Of a stretch of 64,000 nucleotides of DNA, positions 45,282 through 55,272 are shown piece by piece. Every line of letters starts with the position of its first letter. The first letter of the stretch is position 1. A program made the position numbers and the translations under genes. The notes under the pieces are model-generated. The model was given only the letters and a program-made list of their open reading frames with translations, searched no databases and had not been told where the DNA came from. Source of the stretch: Candidatus Parcubacteria bacterium (GTDB taxonomy: Bacteria > Patescibacteriota > Saccharimonadia > UBA4664 > JAHWKN01); NCBI GenBank assembly GCA_019347875.1, contig JAHWKN010000001.1:6801-70800 (forward strand), in the 5' to 3' direction.

Positions 45282-47075
45282 TTAGCGGGAGCAGCTAGAG
45301 GGCGGCTTCTGCCCGTTAGCCAGCCCCCTCATCCAGGCGACGGTGTCGTTGAAGCTTTTAACCATCGTGTCGTAGTGAGTTACGTTGGGATACTCCCGCA
45401 GCATGACCGGGCCGCGGCTGCGGCTGCACATCAGCGGCAAAATGGCGGTTTGCTGCGCTGGCAGAATGACGTTATCGAGCGCCCCCTGGTTAATCAGCTT
45501 GGCGCTCTTGGTGGTGGCGTCACCGGCCGTGTTTTTGTCCAAAGCGGCGGCCAGGGCCGGGAAGCTTTGGCCAAGCGTGTTGCCCCTTAACGCCTGCACA
45601 AACTGCGGCTGGTAGACTTTGGCCGGATCGGTGCCCCAGTGGCGGCTGAAGCTGTCGACGCAGCGGGCCCGGATGTCCGCCGCCAAGCTGGCCGCGAAAG
45701 GCGGCTGCAGAATCCGCTCAACGCCGAATACGTCCGGGTAGTAGTCGCTGTAACTGGCCAGCACCAGCGGGCCAAACCACTGGATGGTGGCGCCGCGGGC
45801 CAGATCGGCCAGCGTCTGCTTAACGCTCATGACAGGGCCAAAGCCAACCGCTCCCTTGATCGGGATCTCGGGGGCGTAGCGGGGGCTGATCTTGTCGGCC
45901 CAAAAGGCGGCGTGGCCGCCCTGCGAGTAACCGGCGGTAAAGACGTTGGCATTATCCAGCCGGGTCTTGGCCAGCGGCAGGCGCCGCAGCGCGCGGACGC
46001 TGTCAAGCACCGCCCGTCCCTCCAGCTCGCCTATCATGTAGTGGTGCAGCCTGGTTTCATCGCGCATGCCCTCGTAATCGGTCATCACCACGGCGTAGCC
46101 CTGACCGGCGTACATCAGCAGATGCGACTCGTAGTTGGCCCAGTTGGCCAGTTGCGGCTGCTCCAGGCTGGCGGCGCAGCGGTCGGTTAAGCCGGTGGTG
46201 CCGGGGCCGAAGGCCAAAACCGGCGTTTTGGCGGGAGCGGCCGGCAGGTAAGCCCGGGCATAGATGGCCAGAGGCTGGCCGTTGGTGTCTTGGGAGCGGT
46301 AACGAAACACCACCTTGGTGACGGCCGTGGCGACGGGCGGTGCACCGGGGCCGTAGTTTTGGCGGGCTATGGCGGTGGCCTCACCCGGCGTAAACGTCCG
46401 GGGCTCTTCCTGCGCCAGGATCCGGCCGCGCTCGTCGGGTGGGGCCGGGGGCGGCGGGGCGGCGGCCGGTGATGCAGACCGGGGCTGGCTGGCCTGGCTG
46501 GAGTCCCAAGCGAAGTAGCTGCCCGTTCCCAGCGTCACCAGCAAAAGCAGCCACAAGACGGTGCGGGGCCACAGGGCGGACTTGCCAGAGGAGCGGACCG
46601 TTTCCGGCTGCAGGTGGTAGCTTAATAGGTCCATATCTACGCCTTTAATCTTGGTTGAACGCAAGTAGCTAAAGCCGCGCCGCTCATAGTACTGGCGGTA
46701 ATCGTGAGTGACTACGATAACTTCATGGGCTCCCTGAGTGCGCTGGAGTTCCAGCATCCGCGAAAGCAAACCGGCGCCGGCTTTCTGGCCGCGAAAATCG
46801 GGTTTGACGTACAGCCAGTACAGCTGCCCGTTGCCGTTGCGGGGCACGCTGCCGATGGCGTAGCCGATGATGTTGCCGCCGCTGGTAGCCACCAGCACTT
46901 TGCGGCTAGGCTGCAGCAGCGACCGAAACAGTCTCAGCGGGCTGTTGCCGCGGATGACCTGGCGCTGGTAATCGGCGGGAAAGTAGTTAAAGCTGGTTTG
47001 GACCGCGCGCGTCAGCAGGCGATGCAATGGCCGAATGTGGCGGAGCTTGAGGGGGGAGATCATAACCTGAGACAT
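45282..47075 (-). CDS. GNAT acetyltransferase fused via a TM helix to a secretory lipase (LIP family)
   Basis: LYVKPDFRGQKAGAGLL..YYERRGF (GNAT); TM; GPGTTG..CA.S, TDYEG, GYSQGG, QGALDNVI, H. Confidence 0.8.
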   Translation of the reverse strand: MSQVMISPLKLRHIRPLHRLLTRAVQTSFNYFPADYQRQVIRGNSPLRLFRSLLQPSRKVLVATSGGNIIGYAIGSVPRNGNGQLYWLYVKPDFRGQKAGAGLLSRMLELQRTQGAHEVIVVTHDYRQYYERRGFSYLRSTKIKGVDMDLLSYHLQPETVRSSGKSALWPRTVLWLLLLVTLGTGSYFAWDSSQASQPRSASPAAAPPPPAPPDERGRILAQEEPRTFTPGEATAIARQNYGPGAPPVATAVTKVVFRYRSQDTNGQPLAIYARAYLPAAPAKTPVLAFGPGTTGLTDRCAASLEQPQLANWANYESHLLMYAGQGYAVVMTDYEGMRDETRLHHYMIGELEGRAVLDSVRALRRLPLAKTRLDNANVFTAGYSQGGHAAFWADKISPRYAPEIPIKGAVGFGPVMSVKQTLADLARGATIQWFGPLVLASYSDYYPDVFGVERILQPPFAASLAADIRARCVDSFSRHWGTDPAKVYQPQFVQALRGNTLGQSFPALAAALDKNTAGDATTKSAKLINQGALDNVILPAQQTAILPLMCSRSRGPVMLREYPNVTHYDTMVKSFNDTVAWMRGLANGQKPPSSCSR

Positions 47076-47282
47076 CGAATCGCTTTCTTTTTAAGAGGCT
47101 GGGGTACTAACCTAGCAGCCAGCGTCTTTTAATCATAACAAAAAAGAGCAGGGGTTAAATGGTTTCTAATTGCCGGCCCCGTCGGCGGACGCCCTGAGGC
47201 GGCAAAGGACGGATGGGGCTGCTATACTCGTTAGACAAAGGCGCAGTCAGATAACTTTCACGATACCAAATAGGATACCAAA

Positions 47283-48458
47283 GTGGCCCGCAAAAAAATC
47301 TCCGAGTTTCGAGCCAAAACCCTTTTGTCTGCGGCGGTTGGGCAAACCTACCGCGGTTTCGAGGTCGATGCCGCCCAAGAGCGGCCGGCTGCGCTTGACC
47401 GGCAGCGGTCTTACGCGGTCAAGGTGGACCAGGGTGTTAAGGGGAGGCAAAAGCAGGGCTTGGTGGCGCTGGGGCGTACCCCCGATCAAGTCTACGGCGA
47501 CATCTCGCGCTGGCACGATCAAGGCTTCCGCTACTTTTTAGTAGAGCCGTTCATTGCCTACCCGCCGGACGCGGAATGCTACCTGTCGATCGAGCGCACC
47601 AGGGAGGGCAGCTTGCTGCGGTACTCGCAGCGCGGCGGCGTGGAGGTTGAGCGGCACCGTTCGGCGGTTCAGCGGCGGCTGGCCGCTGGCGCCGCCGATT
47701 TGGCGGCGGCCGAGAGTACCCTGGGACTGCCCTCCGGCTGGTTAGAGCCGGTACTTAAAACATTCGACCGCTGCTACATCTCGATGCTCGAGATCAACCC
47801 TTTGGTGGTGGCGGACGGTCAGGTTGAGGTGCTGGATCTGGCGGTGGAGGTGGATGATGCGGCCGGTTTAATGGCGGGGGGCGTCTGGTCGCCGGCCGAT
47901 TTTCGTTATCCAAGGACGGACGCTCCGGAGGAGTTCGAGGTCCGTCAGCTGGCCGCCGGCAGCCGGGCTTCGTTCAGTCTGGAGGTGCTGAACCGGGACG
48001 GAGCCGTTTTTTTGCTGCTCTCCGGCGGCGGAGGCAGCCTGGTGGTGGCCGATGAGGTTTACAGCCGGGGCTTTGGGCGCAAGTTGGCTAACTACGGGGA
48101 GTACAGCGGCAACCCGACGGAGCCGGAAACCTATCGCTACGCCAAGCAGGTGCTTAGTTTGCTGCTGCGGTCGGCGGCGCCGCAAAAGGTGCTGATTATC
48201 GGCGGCGGGGTGGCCAACTTTACCGATGTATCGGTTACCTTCCGGGGGATAATCCAGGCGCTGGAGGATGAGGCCGGGCGGCTGCGGCAGCAGCGGGTGA
48301 AGGTGTTTGTGCGCCGCGGCGGCCCCGGGGCGGCTACCGGACTTCGGCAGATGCGCGACGCGTTGGCCAGGCAAGACCTGTTGGGCCTGGTGGCCGGTCC
48401 GGAGCTGTCGCTGGGCGAGGTGGTGAGCGAGGCTTTAGGGGGGTTGAAGCGTGCCTAG
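47283..48458 (+). CDS. aclB: ATP-citrate lyase beta subunit (ATP-grasp + citrate-binding)
   Basis: VKVDQGVKGR, LEINPL, GGGGSLVVAD, LANYGEYSGNP, IGGGVANFTDV, VRRGGP. Confidence 0.88.
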   Translation: MARKKISEFRAKTLLSAAVGQTYRGFEVDAAQERPAALDRQRSYAVKVDQGVKGRQKQGLVALGRTPDQVYGDISRWHDQGFRYFLVEPFIAYPPDAECYLSIERTREGSLLRYSQRGGVEVERHRSAVQRRLAAGAADLAAAESTLGLPSGWLEPVLKTFDRCYISMLEINPLVVADGQVEVLDLAVEVDDAAGLMAGGVWSPADFRYPRTDAPEEFEVRQLAAGSRASFSLEVLNRDGAVFLLLSGGGGSLVVADEVYSRGFGRKLANYGEYSGNPTEPETYRYAKQVLSLLLRSAAPQKVLIIGGGVANFTDVSVTFRGIIQALEDEAGRLRQQRVKVFVRRGGPGAATGLRQMRDALARQDLLGLVAGPELSLGEVVSEALGGLKRA

Positions 48459-50271
48459 CGCCCAGTTGTTCGACATCGCGCGGTTAAGAGGCGAACCGAA
48501 GATTGTGGTGGTGGGCAGCTATGGCAGTATCATCCAGTCGATGCTGGACTTTGACCACTTGGCCGGCCGCCGGTCGCCCAGCGTGGTGGCCATCATCGGG
48601 ACCGGGCGCAAGAGCGAGCGGTACTTCTTCGGCAGAACCGAAATTATGATTCCCGTTGTGCCCTCACCGGCCGCTTTGCCGCCCGGAGCGTTAAGGCAGG
48701 TTAACTTTTTTCTCAACCTGTCTTCCGGCCGCCGGGTGCTAGACAGCACCAGGCAACTGCTGGCCGCCCTGCCCAACCTGGTCGGGGGAGTGGTGTTTGC
48801 CGAGGGGGTACCCGAGCGTCAGGCGCTGCAGCTGCAGCGCCTGACCGCCCGCAAGGGCGTCTGGATGGTCGGGGCGGCCAGCGTCGGGCTGGTGGTGCCC
48901 GGCTCTATCAAGCTCGGCGCGATCGGCGGCACCCAGCCTCGGCAGCTGGAGGAGGCGCGGCTGCTGGAGGCCGGTAGCGTAGCCGTGATCTCGTCATCAG
49001 GCGGGATGGTCAATGAGCTTATTCGCCTGGTGGCCGGCAGCGGCCGCCGCCTGTCCTGGGCGCTGGCGCTAGGCGGGGAACGCTTTCCGCTGACCGCTCC
49101 CCGGGAAGCTTTTTTGGCGGCCCAGGCCGACCCGCCAACCAAGGCCATCGCCTACTTCGGCGAGCTGGGCGGCCGTGACGAGTATGAGCTGGCGGAGTTG
49201 TTGCAGCAGGGGGCGGTGACCAAGCCGGTTGTTTGCTACATCGCCGGAACGGTGGCGGAACTGTTTACAACCCCGCCGCAGTTCGGCCACGCCAAGGCCA
49301 TGGCCGCCCGCGAGGACGAGTCGGCCCGGGCTAAACGGGCGGCCTTGGCGGCCGCCGGGGCCCAGGTGGCCGAGACGTTTAACGACATCGCCGTTTTGCT
49401 GCAGCGGCTGCCGGACGGGCCCGGCCCGGCGCCGCCGCCGGGCGACAACCGCGCGCATCTGCTTGAGTCGCGGCGCCCGGCGCTGTTTGCCAGCTCGATC
49501 TCTCGGGACGCGGGAGGCGCGGTTCAGCTGCTAGGGCAGGACCTGCTCGGGTTAGCCGAGCAGCGCTCCTTTGCCTGGATCGTGGCCTCACTGCTGCTGG
49601 GAAAGCCGGTCCGCTCGGCCGAACTCGAGCGCTTCGTTGAGTTTGTACTGCGCCTGTTGGTCGATCACGGCCCGTACGTTTCCGGGGCCGTTAACACCAT
49701 GGTAACGGCCCGGGCAGGGCGTGATCTGGTTTCGTCGCTGGCCGCCGGCTTACTGACGATCGGGCCGCGTTTCGGCGGCGCCATCAACGCCGCCGCCGCC
49801 GCTTGGCTGGAAGGGGTGGTGGCGGCCAAGTCGCCAGCCCATTTTGTCGAAGAACAGGCGGCCCGCCGCCTGTATATCGCCGGTATCGGGCACCGCAAGT
49901 ACCGGGTTGACGCGCCGGACCCCCGGGTGGAGCGGCTGCTGCGGTTTGCCGACGGGCTGCCGCAGCAGCGCTTTACCGGCTTTGCCATCGCCGTCGAGCA
50001 GATAACGGCCCAAAAAAAGGGCAATCTGATTTTAAACGTCGACGGAGCTATCGCGGCGGTTTTGCTTGATCTGCTCAGTGAACGCGAAAGCTATAGTGAC
50101 GAGCAGCTGCGGTCCCTGGTGGAGCAGGAGTTTTTTAATGCCCTGTTTGTGTTGTCCCGGGCGGTCGGATTGACCGCTCATTACCTCGATCAGCGCCGGC
50201 TGGACGAAGGTCTGTTCCGCCTGCCGGAGGATCAGGTGACCAGGGCGGATGTTGATTTGAGCGAGCAGTAA
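48451..50271 (+). CDS. aclA: ATP-citrate lyase alpha subunit (CoA-binding + citryl-CoA lyase domain)
   Basis: AEGVPE, SSGGMVNEL, GELGG.DEY, QFGHAKA phospho-His, DHGPYVSGAVNT, GIGHR, LNVDG, HYLDQ. Confidence 0.9.
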   Translation: MPSAQLFDIARLRGEPKIVVVGSYGSIIQSMLDFDHLAGRRSPSVVAIIGTGRKSERYFFGRTEIMIPVVPSPAALPPGALRQVNFFLNLSSGRRVLDSTRQLLAALPNLVGGVVFAEGVPERQALQLQRLTARKGVWMVGAASVGLVVPGSIKLGAIGGTQPRQLEEARLLEAGSVAVISSSGGMVNELIRLVAGSGRRLSWALALGGERFPLTAPREAFLAAQADPPTKAIAYFGELGGRDEYELAELLQQGAVTKPVVCYIAGTVAELFTTPPQFGHAKAMAAREDESARAKRAALAAAGAQVAETFNDIAVLLQRLPDGPGPAPPPGDNRAHLLESRRPALFASSISRDAGGAVQLLGQDLLGLAEQRSFAWIVASLLLGKPVRSAELERFVEFVLRLLVDHGPYVSGAVNTMVTARAGRDLVSSLAAGLLTIGPRFGGAINAAAAAWLEGVVAAKSPAHFVEEQAARRLYIAGIGHRKYRVDAPDPRVERLLRFADGLPQQRFTGFAIAVEQITAQKKGNLILNVDGAIAAVLLDLLSERESYSDEQLRSLVEQEFFNALFVLSRAVGLTAHYLDQRRLDEGLFRLPEDQVTRADVDLSEQ

Positions 50272-50387
50272 GGGAGGGCGCGAGTTAACGAAGGAAGCCA
50301 GCGCTCGGCCATAAGTCGGCACTTTTGTTGCCTTGATGCTTTCAGATACAATAATTTACATGGATCGACAGGGAAGAAAGCCTATTT

Positions 50388-52031
50388 TTGGACAAGGAAG
50401 TTTTGAGTAAGCTGCGAGCGGCGCTTGGCCGCTTACTGCGGGTACCGTTTTTCCCGGTGCTGTTTGGATGGTGGTTTTTGCTGGTGACGTTTACCGCCAA
50501 CATCAACCAACTGGAAGCCCGGGTTTTGGTGGTGCCGCTGCTGGTGGTCGGCCTCGTTATCGCGCTGTTTTGGGGGTTGGCGTGGCTGCTGACCAGAGGC
50601 ACCGCTCGTAGCGCCATACTGGCGACGCTGGGGGTGTTTGCCTTCTTTGGCTACGGGCACCTTTTGAGGGTGGTGTCGTGGGTTAGCCCGGCGGCATCAA
50701 GCAAGGGCAGCGTGATAGCATCGATCGTCCTCTTAGTCTGCCTGCTGCTGGCCGGGCTGGTGGCGTTTGGTCGGCGAAACTGGGCTAAAGGGGTGCCGCA
50801 CCTTAACTTTGTGGCCGGGGTGTTGGTGCTGATGAATCTGGTTGCGATTGGCGGCAGTTACATCAACCAGCCGAGGATTAGCGGCGACCGTGCTGCCGAG
50901 GAGGTGGCTGTAGGAGAAACCGCCGAAAAGCCGGATATTTACTACATCGTGCCCGACCGCTACGCCAGCAACACCACTTGGCAAGAGTTTTTCAACTACG
51001 ACAACACGGGGTTTGAGCAAAGCTTAGAAGAGCGGGGGTTTAAGGTGTACGACGACGCTCACTCCAACTATCCCTACACCACCCAATCCCTGGCCTCGAC
51101 CTTAAACATGCGCTACTTGGAGCCCGAAGCAAAAGAACTGCAAGGGCAGACCGAGGAGCTGCTGCCGCTGTATAACTTGATCGGGGAGAACGCGGCGGTC
51201 AAGAACCTGAAGGCGGTAGGCTACCGCTACGTCCACATCGGTTCATGGTGGTGGCCGACCAGCCACAGCGCTTTGGCCGACGTCTCCTTTAACAAAGCGA
51301 TCGCTTTTACGCTGTTTAACCAAAGGTTCGCCGCCGCCGAATACACCCAGCTGATCTTGCGCAACAGCATGGGGCAGATTTTGCTGCGGCGTGGAATCAG
51401 TGTCGGTAACTTTACCGTGCTGGCCGCCAACGTGGTCGACAGCGACGTTCACGCCAACGCTTTTACATATCAGCTTGATTCGCTGCAAAAAACCGTTACC
51501 ATGCCCGGGCCTAAAATCGTTTTTGTCCACCTGCTGATGCCGCACCCGCCGTTTGTTTTCAACGCCGACGGTAGCCGGTTAAAGCCGGACAGCGACGCTT
51601 CTAAGGCCCAGCTGTATGTTGAGCAGCTGAAGTTTACCAATCGAAAGCTGGTGGAGATGATCGACCAGATCCAGGCGCGGTCAAAGACCAAGCCGGTCAT
51701 CTTGCTGCAGGCGGATGAGGGGCCGTATCCGGGTGAAGGCATACCTCAGGCCAGCGGAGCGGACAAGATGCAGGACTACACCCCGGCCGATCTGCAGACC
51801 AAGTTCGGCATTTTACGGGCCCTTAGCTTGCCGCACCTAGAGCCGGCCGATATCCCGGAAGAGTTGTCGTCCGTCAACCTTTTCCGTTTTGTTTTTAATA
51901 AGTACCTGGGGACAAACCTGGAGCTGCTGCCGGAAAAGCAGTTGGTTTTCCCAAACGCGTCCGATCCTTACAACTTCATCGACCGCACCGATGCGGTTAA
52001 GGGCTACGGTGGCCCCGGGGAGGGTGGCTGA
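50388..52031 (+). CDS. Membrane-anchored sulfatase/alkaline-phosphatase-superfamily protein
   Basis: 5 N-terminal TM; PDIYYIVPDRY, SNYPYTTQSLAS.LNM, HLLMPHPPF, LQADEG. Confidence 0.8.
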   Translation: MDKEVLSKLRAALGRLLRVPFFPVLFGWWFLLVTFTANINQLEARVLVVPLLVVGLVIALFWGLAWLLTRGTARSAILATLGVFAFFGYGHLLRVVSWVSPAASSKGSVIASIVLLVCLLLAGLVAFGRRNWAKGVPHLNFVAGVLVLMNLVAIGGSYINQPRISGDRAAEEVAVGETAEKPDIYYIVPDRYASNTTWQEFFNYDNTGFEQSLEERGFKVYDDAHSNYPYTTQSLASTLNMRYLEPEAKELQGQTEELLPLYNLIGENAAVKNLKAVGYRYVHIGSWWWPTSHSALADVSFNKAIAFTLFNQRFAAAEYTQLILRNSMGQILLRRGISVGNFTVLAANVVDSDVHANAFTYQLDSLQKTVTMPGPKIVFVHLLMPHPPFVFNADGSRLKPDSDASKAQLYVEQLKFTNRKLVEMIDQIQARSKTKPVILLQADEGPYPGEGIPQASGADKMQDYTPADLQTKFGILRALSLPHLEPADIPEELSSVNLFRFVFNKYLGTNLELLPEKQLVFPNASDPYNFIDRTDAVKGYGGPGEGG

Positions 52032-52152
52032 GGGCGCCGCTAGAGGGCTATTAAAGTATATTACCCCTCAACAGGTTGGATTATAGCAAAAGGGGATTGA
52101 AAAAGTCGGCCGGACCTTTTACGCTAGTGTTAATAATTAAACGGTGGGTGTA

Positions 52153-52320
52153 ATGCATCTTTTTGTAGCTTATCTTGATCCTGGCAGCGGCAGTTTAATC
52201 ATTCAGGTGGTGGTCGGCTCTGCCGCCGGCGTCATCTTCTTGTTCAGGAACAGCTTCCGGCAGGGTATCCAGCTGGTTAAGGGCCTGTTGGCCAAGAGCT
52301 CTGCGAACTCTGCAAAGTAG
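52153..52320 (+). CDS. Small 'YLDPGSGS' membrane peptide (55 aa)
   Basis: Manual translation MHLFVAYLDPGSGSLIIQVVVGSAAGVIFLFRNSFRQGIQLVKGLLAKSSANSAK; not in the ORF track. Confidence 0.8.
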   Translation: MHLFVAYLDPGSGSLIIQVVVGSAAGVIFLFRNSFRQGIQLVKGLLAKSSANSAK

Positions 52321-53698
52321 CTTCGAAACGCTCCCCGGATCTTTCCGGGACCCCAGCGGTTTTATGTTCCGGGCCGGCGGGACGCTCTACCGCCAGGTCA
52401 ACCACACTTACCGAAGCGATTACGACCTTTTAATGAGCTCGGGGCTGCACGATGAGCTGGCCGGCCAGGGGTTGATCGTCGCCCACCGGGACGTTACCAC
52501 AGCGGTTGAGTTCCCCAAAACCGGGGGGTACAAAGTGATTCAGCCCGAAGAGGTGCCGCTGATCTCTTACCCTTACGAGTGGTGCTTCTCACAGCTGCAG
52601 GACGCCGCGTTGGCCACCCTAAACATCCAGCTGGTGGCCATGCGCCACGGCCTGACCTTAAAGGACGCCAGCGCCTACAACATTCAGTTTAGGCAGGGCC
52701 GTCCGGTGCTGATAGACACGCTGTCGTTCGAAAAGTACGTGGAGGGGGAGCCCTGGGTGGCCTACCGCCAGTACTGCCAGCACTTTCTGGCGCCGCTGGC
52801 GTTAATGGCCCACACCGACGTGCGGCTGCTGCAGCTGATGCGGGTTTACATAGACGGCATACCGCTGGATCTGGCCGGCCGGCTGCTGCCGCTAAAGACC
52901 CGCCTTAAGCCGCTGTTGGCCGCCCACCTGCACCTGCACGCCCGCAGCCAGCGGCGCTATTCGGACCAGCCGGGGCAGGCCAAAGGGCGCCGTCTGAGCC
53001 GGTTTGCGCTGGACGGGCTGCTCAGCGGTTTGGCGGCCGCCACCAAGTCGCTGCGCTGGCGGCCGGCCGGTACCGAGTGGGGGGAGTACTACAGTTTTAC
53101 TAATTATACCGAGGGTTCTTTTGACGAGAAAAAGCAGCTGATTGGTGATTTTCTGGACCAGGCTAAGCCTAGCCGGGTGTGCGACCTGGGAGCCAACACC
53201 GGCTTGTTTAGCCGGCTGGCCAGCGATCAGGGAGTTGACACGATGGCGTTCGACATCGATCCGGCCGCGGTCGAGAAAGGCTACCGGCAAGTCAAGGCGC
53301 AGAGCCAGACCCACCTGCTGCCGCTGGTGCTGGATCTGACCAACCCGAGCCCCGGTTTAGGCTGGGCCAACCGGGAGCGGGAACCGTTTGTGGAGCGCGC
53401 TCGTGCGGACATGGTGCTGGCTTTGGCCCTGATACACCACCTAGCCATAGCCAACAACCTGCCTTTCGGCCGGGTGGCGGAGTTTATGGGCCAACTGGCC
53501 GACTGGCTGATTATCGAGTTCGTGCCAAAAGACGACTCGCAGGTTCAGAAACTGCTGGCCAGCCGACAAGACATCTTTTCGGATTACAGCCAGGAGCGGT
53601 TCGAGGCGGAGTTCGGGCGGCATTACGACATTAAACAGCGCCGTCCGCTCAAAGACTCCCGCCGGGTGCTGTACTTAATGAAGTCCAAGCGCAGCTAG
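52310..53698 (+). CDS. NoeA-like SAM-dependent methyltransferase (kinase-like N-domain); start uncertain
   Basis: GSFRDPSG lies in frame upstream of ATG 52364; ISYPYEW, KDASAYNIQF, DLGANTG, LALIHHL, IEFVPK.D. Confidence 0.8.
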   Translation: MQSSFETLPGSFRDPSGFMFRAGGTLYRQVNHTYRSDYDLLMSSGLHDELAGQGLIVAHRDVTTAVEFPKTGGYKVIQPEEVPLISYPYEWCFSQLQDAALATLNIQLVAMRHGLTLKDASAYNIQFRQGRPVLIDTLSFEKYVEGEPWVAYRQYCQHFLAPLALMAHTDVRLLQLMRVYIDGIPLDLAGRLLPLKTRLKPLLAAHLHLHARSQRRYSDQPGQAKGRRLSRFALDGLLSGLAAATKSLRWRPAGTEWGEYYSFTNYTEGSFDEKKQLIGDFLDQAKPSRVCDLGANTGLFSRLASDQGVDTMAFDIDPAAVEKGYRQVKAQSQTHLLPLVLDLTNPSPGLGWANREREPFVERARADMVLALALIHHLAIANNLPFGRVAEFMGQLADWLIIEFVPKDDSQVQKLLASRQDIFSDYSQERFEAEFGRHYDIKQRRPLKDSRRVLYLMKSKRS

Positions 53699-53804
53699 CC
53701 TAAAGGCCTTGGCGCAAAGCGGGGCGCACCCCAGCATCAACTTGAGTAAATAAGTTGTTCGCGCCCTGGGCTACGCTCTTACTTGAACACCTAGTTTGGG
53801 CATT

Positions 53805-54179
53805 TTAGCTTAGACGGGCGGCCAGATCCGGCGGCAGGGTCAGCGCCGCCAGCGCCAAGCTGGCCAGCAGCAGGCCGATGTCGCGGTAAGTGACGTCGTT
53901 AACCCCGGCGCTGACCAGCACCTGGATGAGGTGGAGCGCGGCCAACAAGGCCGCCAGCCACAGCCCCACCCCGCTAAGGATCCACACGCCTTGCGCGATG
54001 TCGTACAGCGCGGTCGTGATCATGCTGGCGCGCAGCGGCAGCGGCCACACCCGCTTGACCCACGGCAGCACCAGTCCGGTCCATTTGTCATCGGATCGCA
54101 GGATAAAGTAGCCGGTCAGGATGAAGGTACCCCCAAGGCCCAGGCGCAGTAAGTTGACCGCTAGTGCAGTCGGCTGCAT
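53805..54179 (-). CDS. DoxX-like membrane protein
   Basis: LLRLGLGGTF, RDIGLL; 3-4 TM. Confidence 0.7.
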   Translation of the reverse strand: MQPTALAVNLLRLGLGGTFILTGYFILRSDDKWTGLVLPWVKRVWPLPLRASMITTALYDIAQGVWILSGVGLWLAALLAALHLIQVLVSAGVNDVTYRDIGLLLASLALAALTLPPDLAARLS

Positions 54180-55205
54180 TTATCCGGCCAGCCGCTTTTT
54201 GGCCCGGGCCGCGATCAGGCCTGATAGCGCCAGCACTCCCAGCCCCGCCAGCCAGCGGCGGTGGGTGGTTAGCCACAACTGGGCGCTGGCGGTTTTGGCC
54301 CGCGCGTCAAAGCGCCCGTGCGCGCCGTACAGCTGCGGGGCCGGCCGCCATAGGTTGTCGGGACGGGCGGGGTCTTTGGGCTCATCTGTTTGTTGGCTGC
54401 GGTAGCCGGTCTTGCTCAAGTAGCGGTCGGCCAGTGCGGGCGCTAGCTTGTTTAGCCACAGCGCCAGCTGGCTGGAACCTCCCACCACCACCTCCTTGCG
54501 GTCATGCCCGGCCGCCCACAGGATGGCTCGGGCGGCCACTTCGGGTTGGAATATGGGCGGTACCGGTTGGGGTTGCTGTGGCAGGCGGGACTTGATCCAT
54601 TCAAACTGCGGCGTGTTGAGCGCCGGCAGCTGCACCATCGATACGCGGACGTGGCTTTTGTCGTGCAGCAGCTCCGCCCGCAGCGAATCGTGGAACCCCT
54701 GGATAGCGTGTTTGGCGGCCGAGTAAGCCGCCTGCAACGGCAGTCCGCGGTAGGCCAGAGCCGACCCCACCTGAACGATCACTCCCTCGTCACGCGGCAG
54801 CATCCGCTTGAGCGCGGCCAGCGTGCCGTACACCACGCCGAGGTAGGTTACTTCGGTGACGCGCTTAAACTCTTCGGCCCGCATCTGTTTAACCGGTGAC
54901 AGCACCGACACCATGGCGTTGTTGACCCAGACATCGATCGGCCCCAGCTGGTTTTCCGCTTGATCGGCGGCGGCTTCCATCGCCGGCGCATCCGACACAT
55001 CGGCGGTGATGGCCAAAGCGGCCGGCGCGCCGGCCGCCAGCACGTCGGCCTTGGCCTGCTCCAGTCTTTCGGCCTGCCTGGCAATCAGTGCTACCTTGGC
55101 GCCCTCGCGCCCAAAGGCCTCGGCGGCCGCCCGACCGACCCCGGCGGAGGCCCCGGTTACCACCACGGTTTTGCCCGCAAAGGGCCGTTTGCGATTGGCT
55201 TTCAT
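54180..55205 (-). CDS. Short-chain dehydrogenase/reductase
   Basis: TGASAGVG, WVNNA, YSAAKHA, LPALNTPQF. Confidence 0.93.
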   Translation of the reverse strand: MKANRKRPFAGKTVVVTGASAGVGRAAAEAFGREGAKVALIARQAERLEQAKADVLAAGAPAALAITADVSDAPAMEAAADQAENQLGPIDVWVNNAMVSVLSPVKQMRAEEFKRVTEVTYLGVVYGTLAALKRMLPRDEGVIVQVGSALAYRGLPLQAAYSAAKHAIQGFHDSLRAELLHDKSHVRVSMVQLPALNTPQFEWIKSRLPQQPQPVPPIFQPEVAARAILWAAGHDRKEVVVGGSSQLALWLNKLAPALADRYLSKTGYRSQQTDEPKDPARPDNLWRPAPQLYGAHGRFDARAKTASAQLWLTTHRRWLAGLGVLALSGLIAARAKKRLAG

Positions 55206-55272
55206 ATCCTTTTACCTCCAGTCTAGAATTATGAATGTTAGGCTAATTGTAGTTAACGCTGCTGTTGACGCC

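Noticed and set aside
47283-50271. Succinyl-CoA synthetase or citrate synthase annotation
   Set aside because: The LANYGEYSG and ANFTDV citrate-binding motifs and the fused citryl-CoA lyase domain indicate ATP-citrate lyase.
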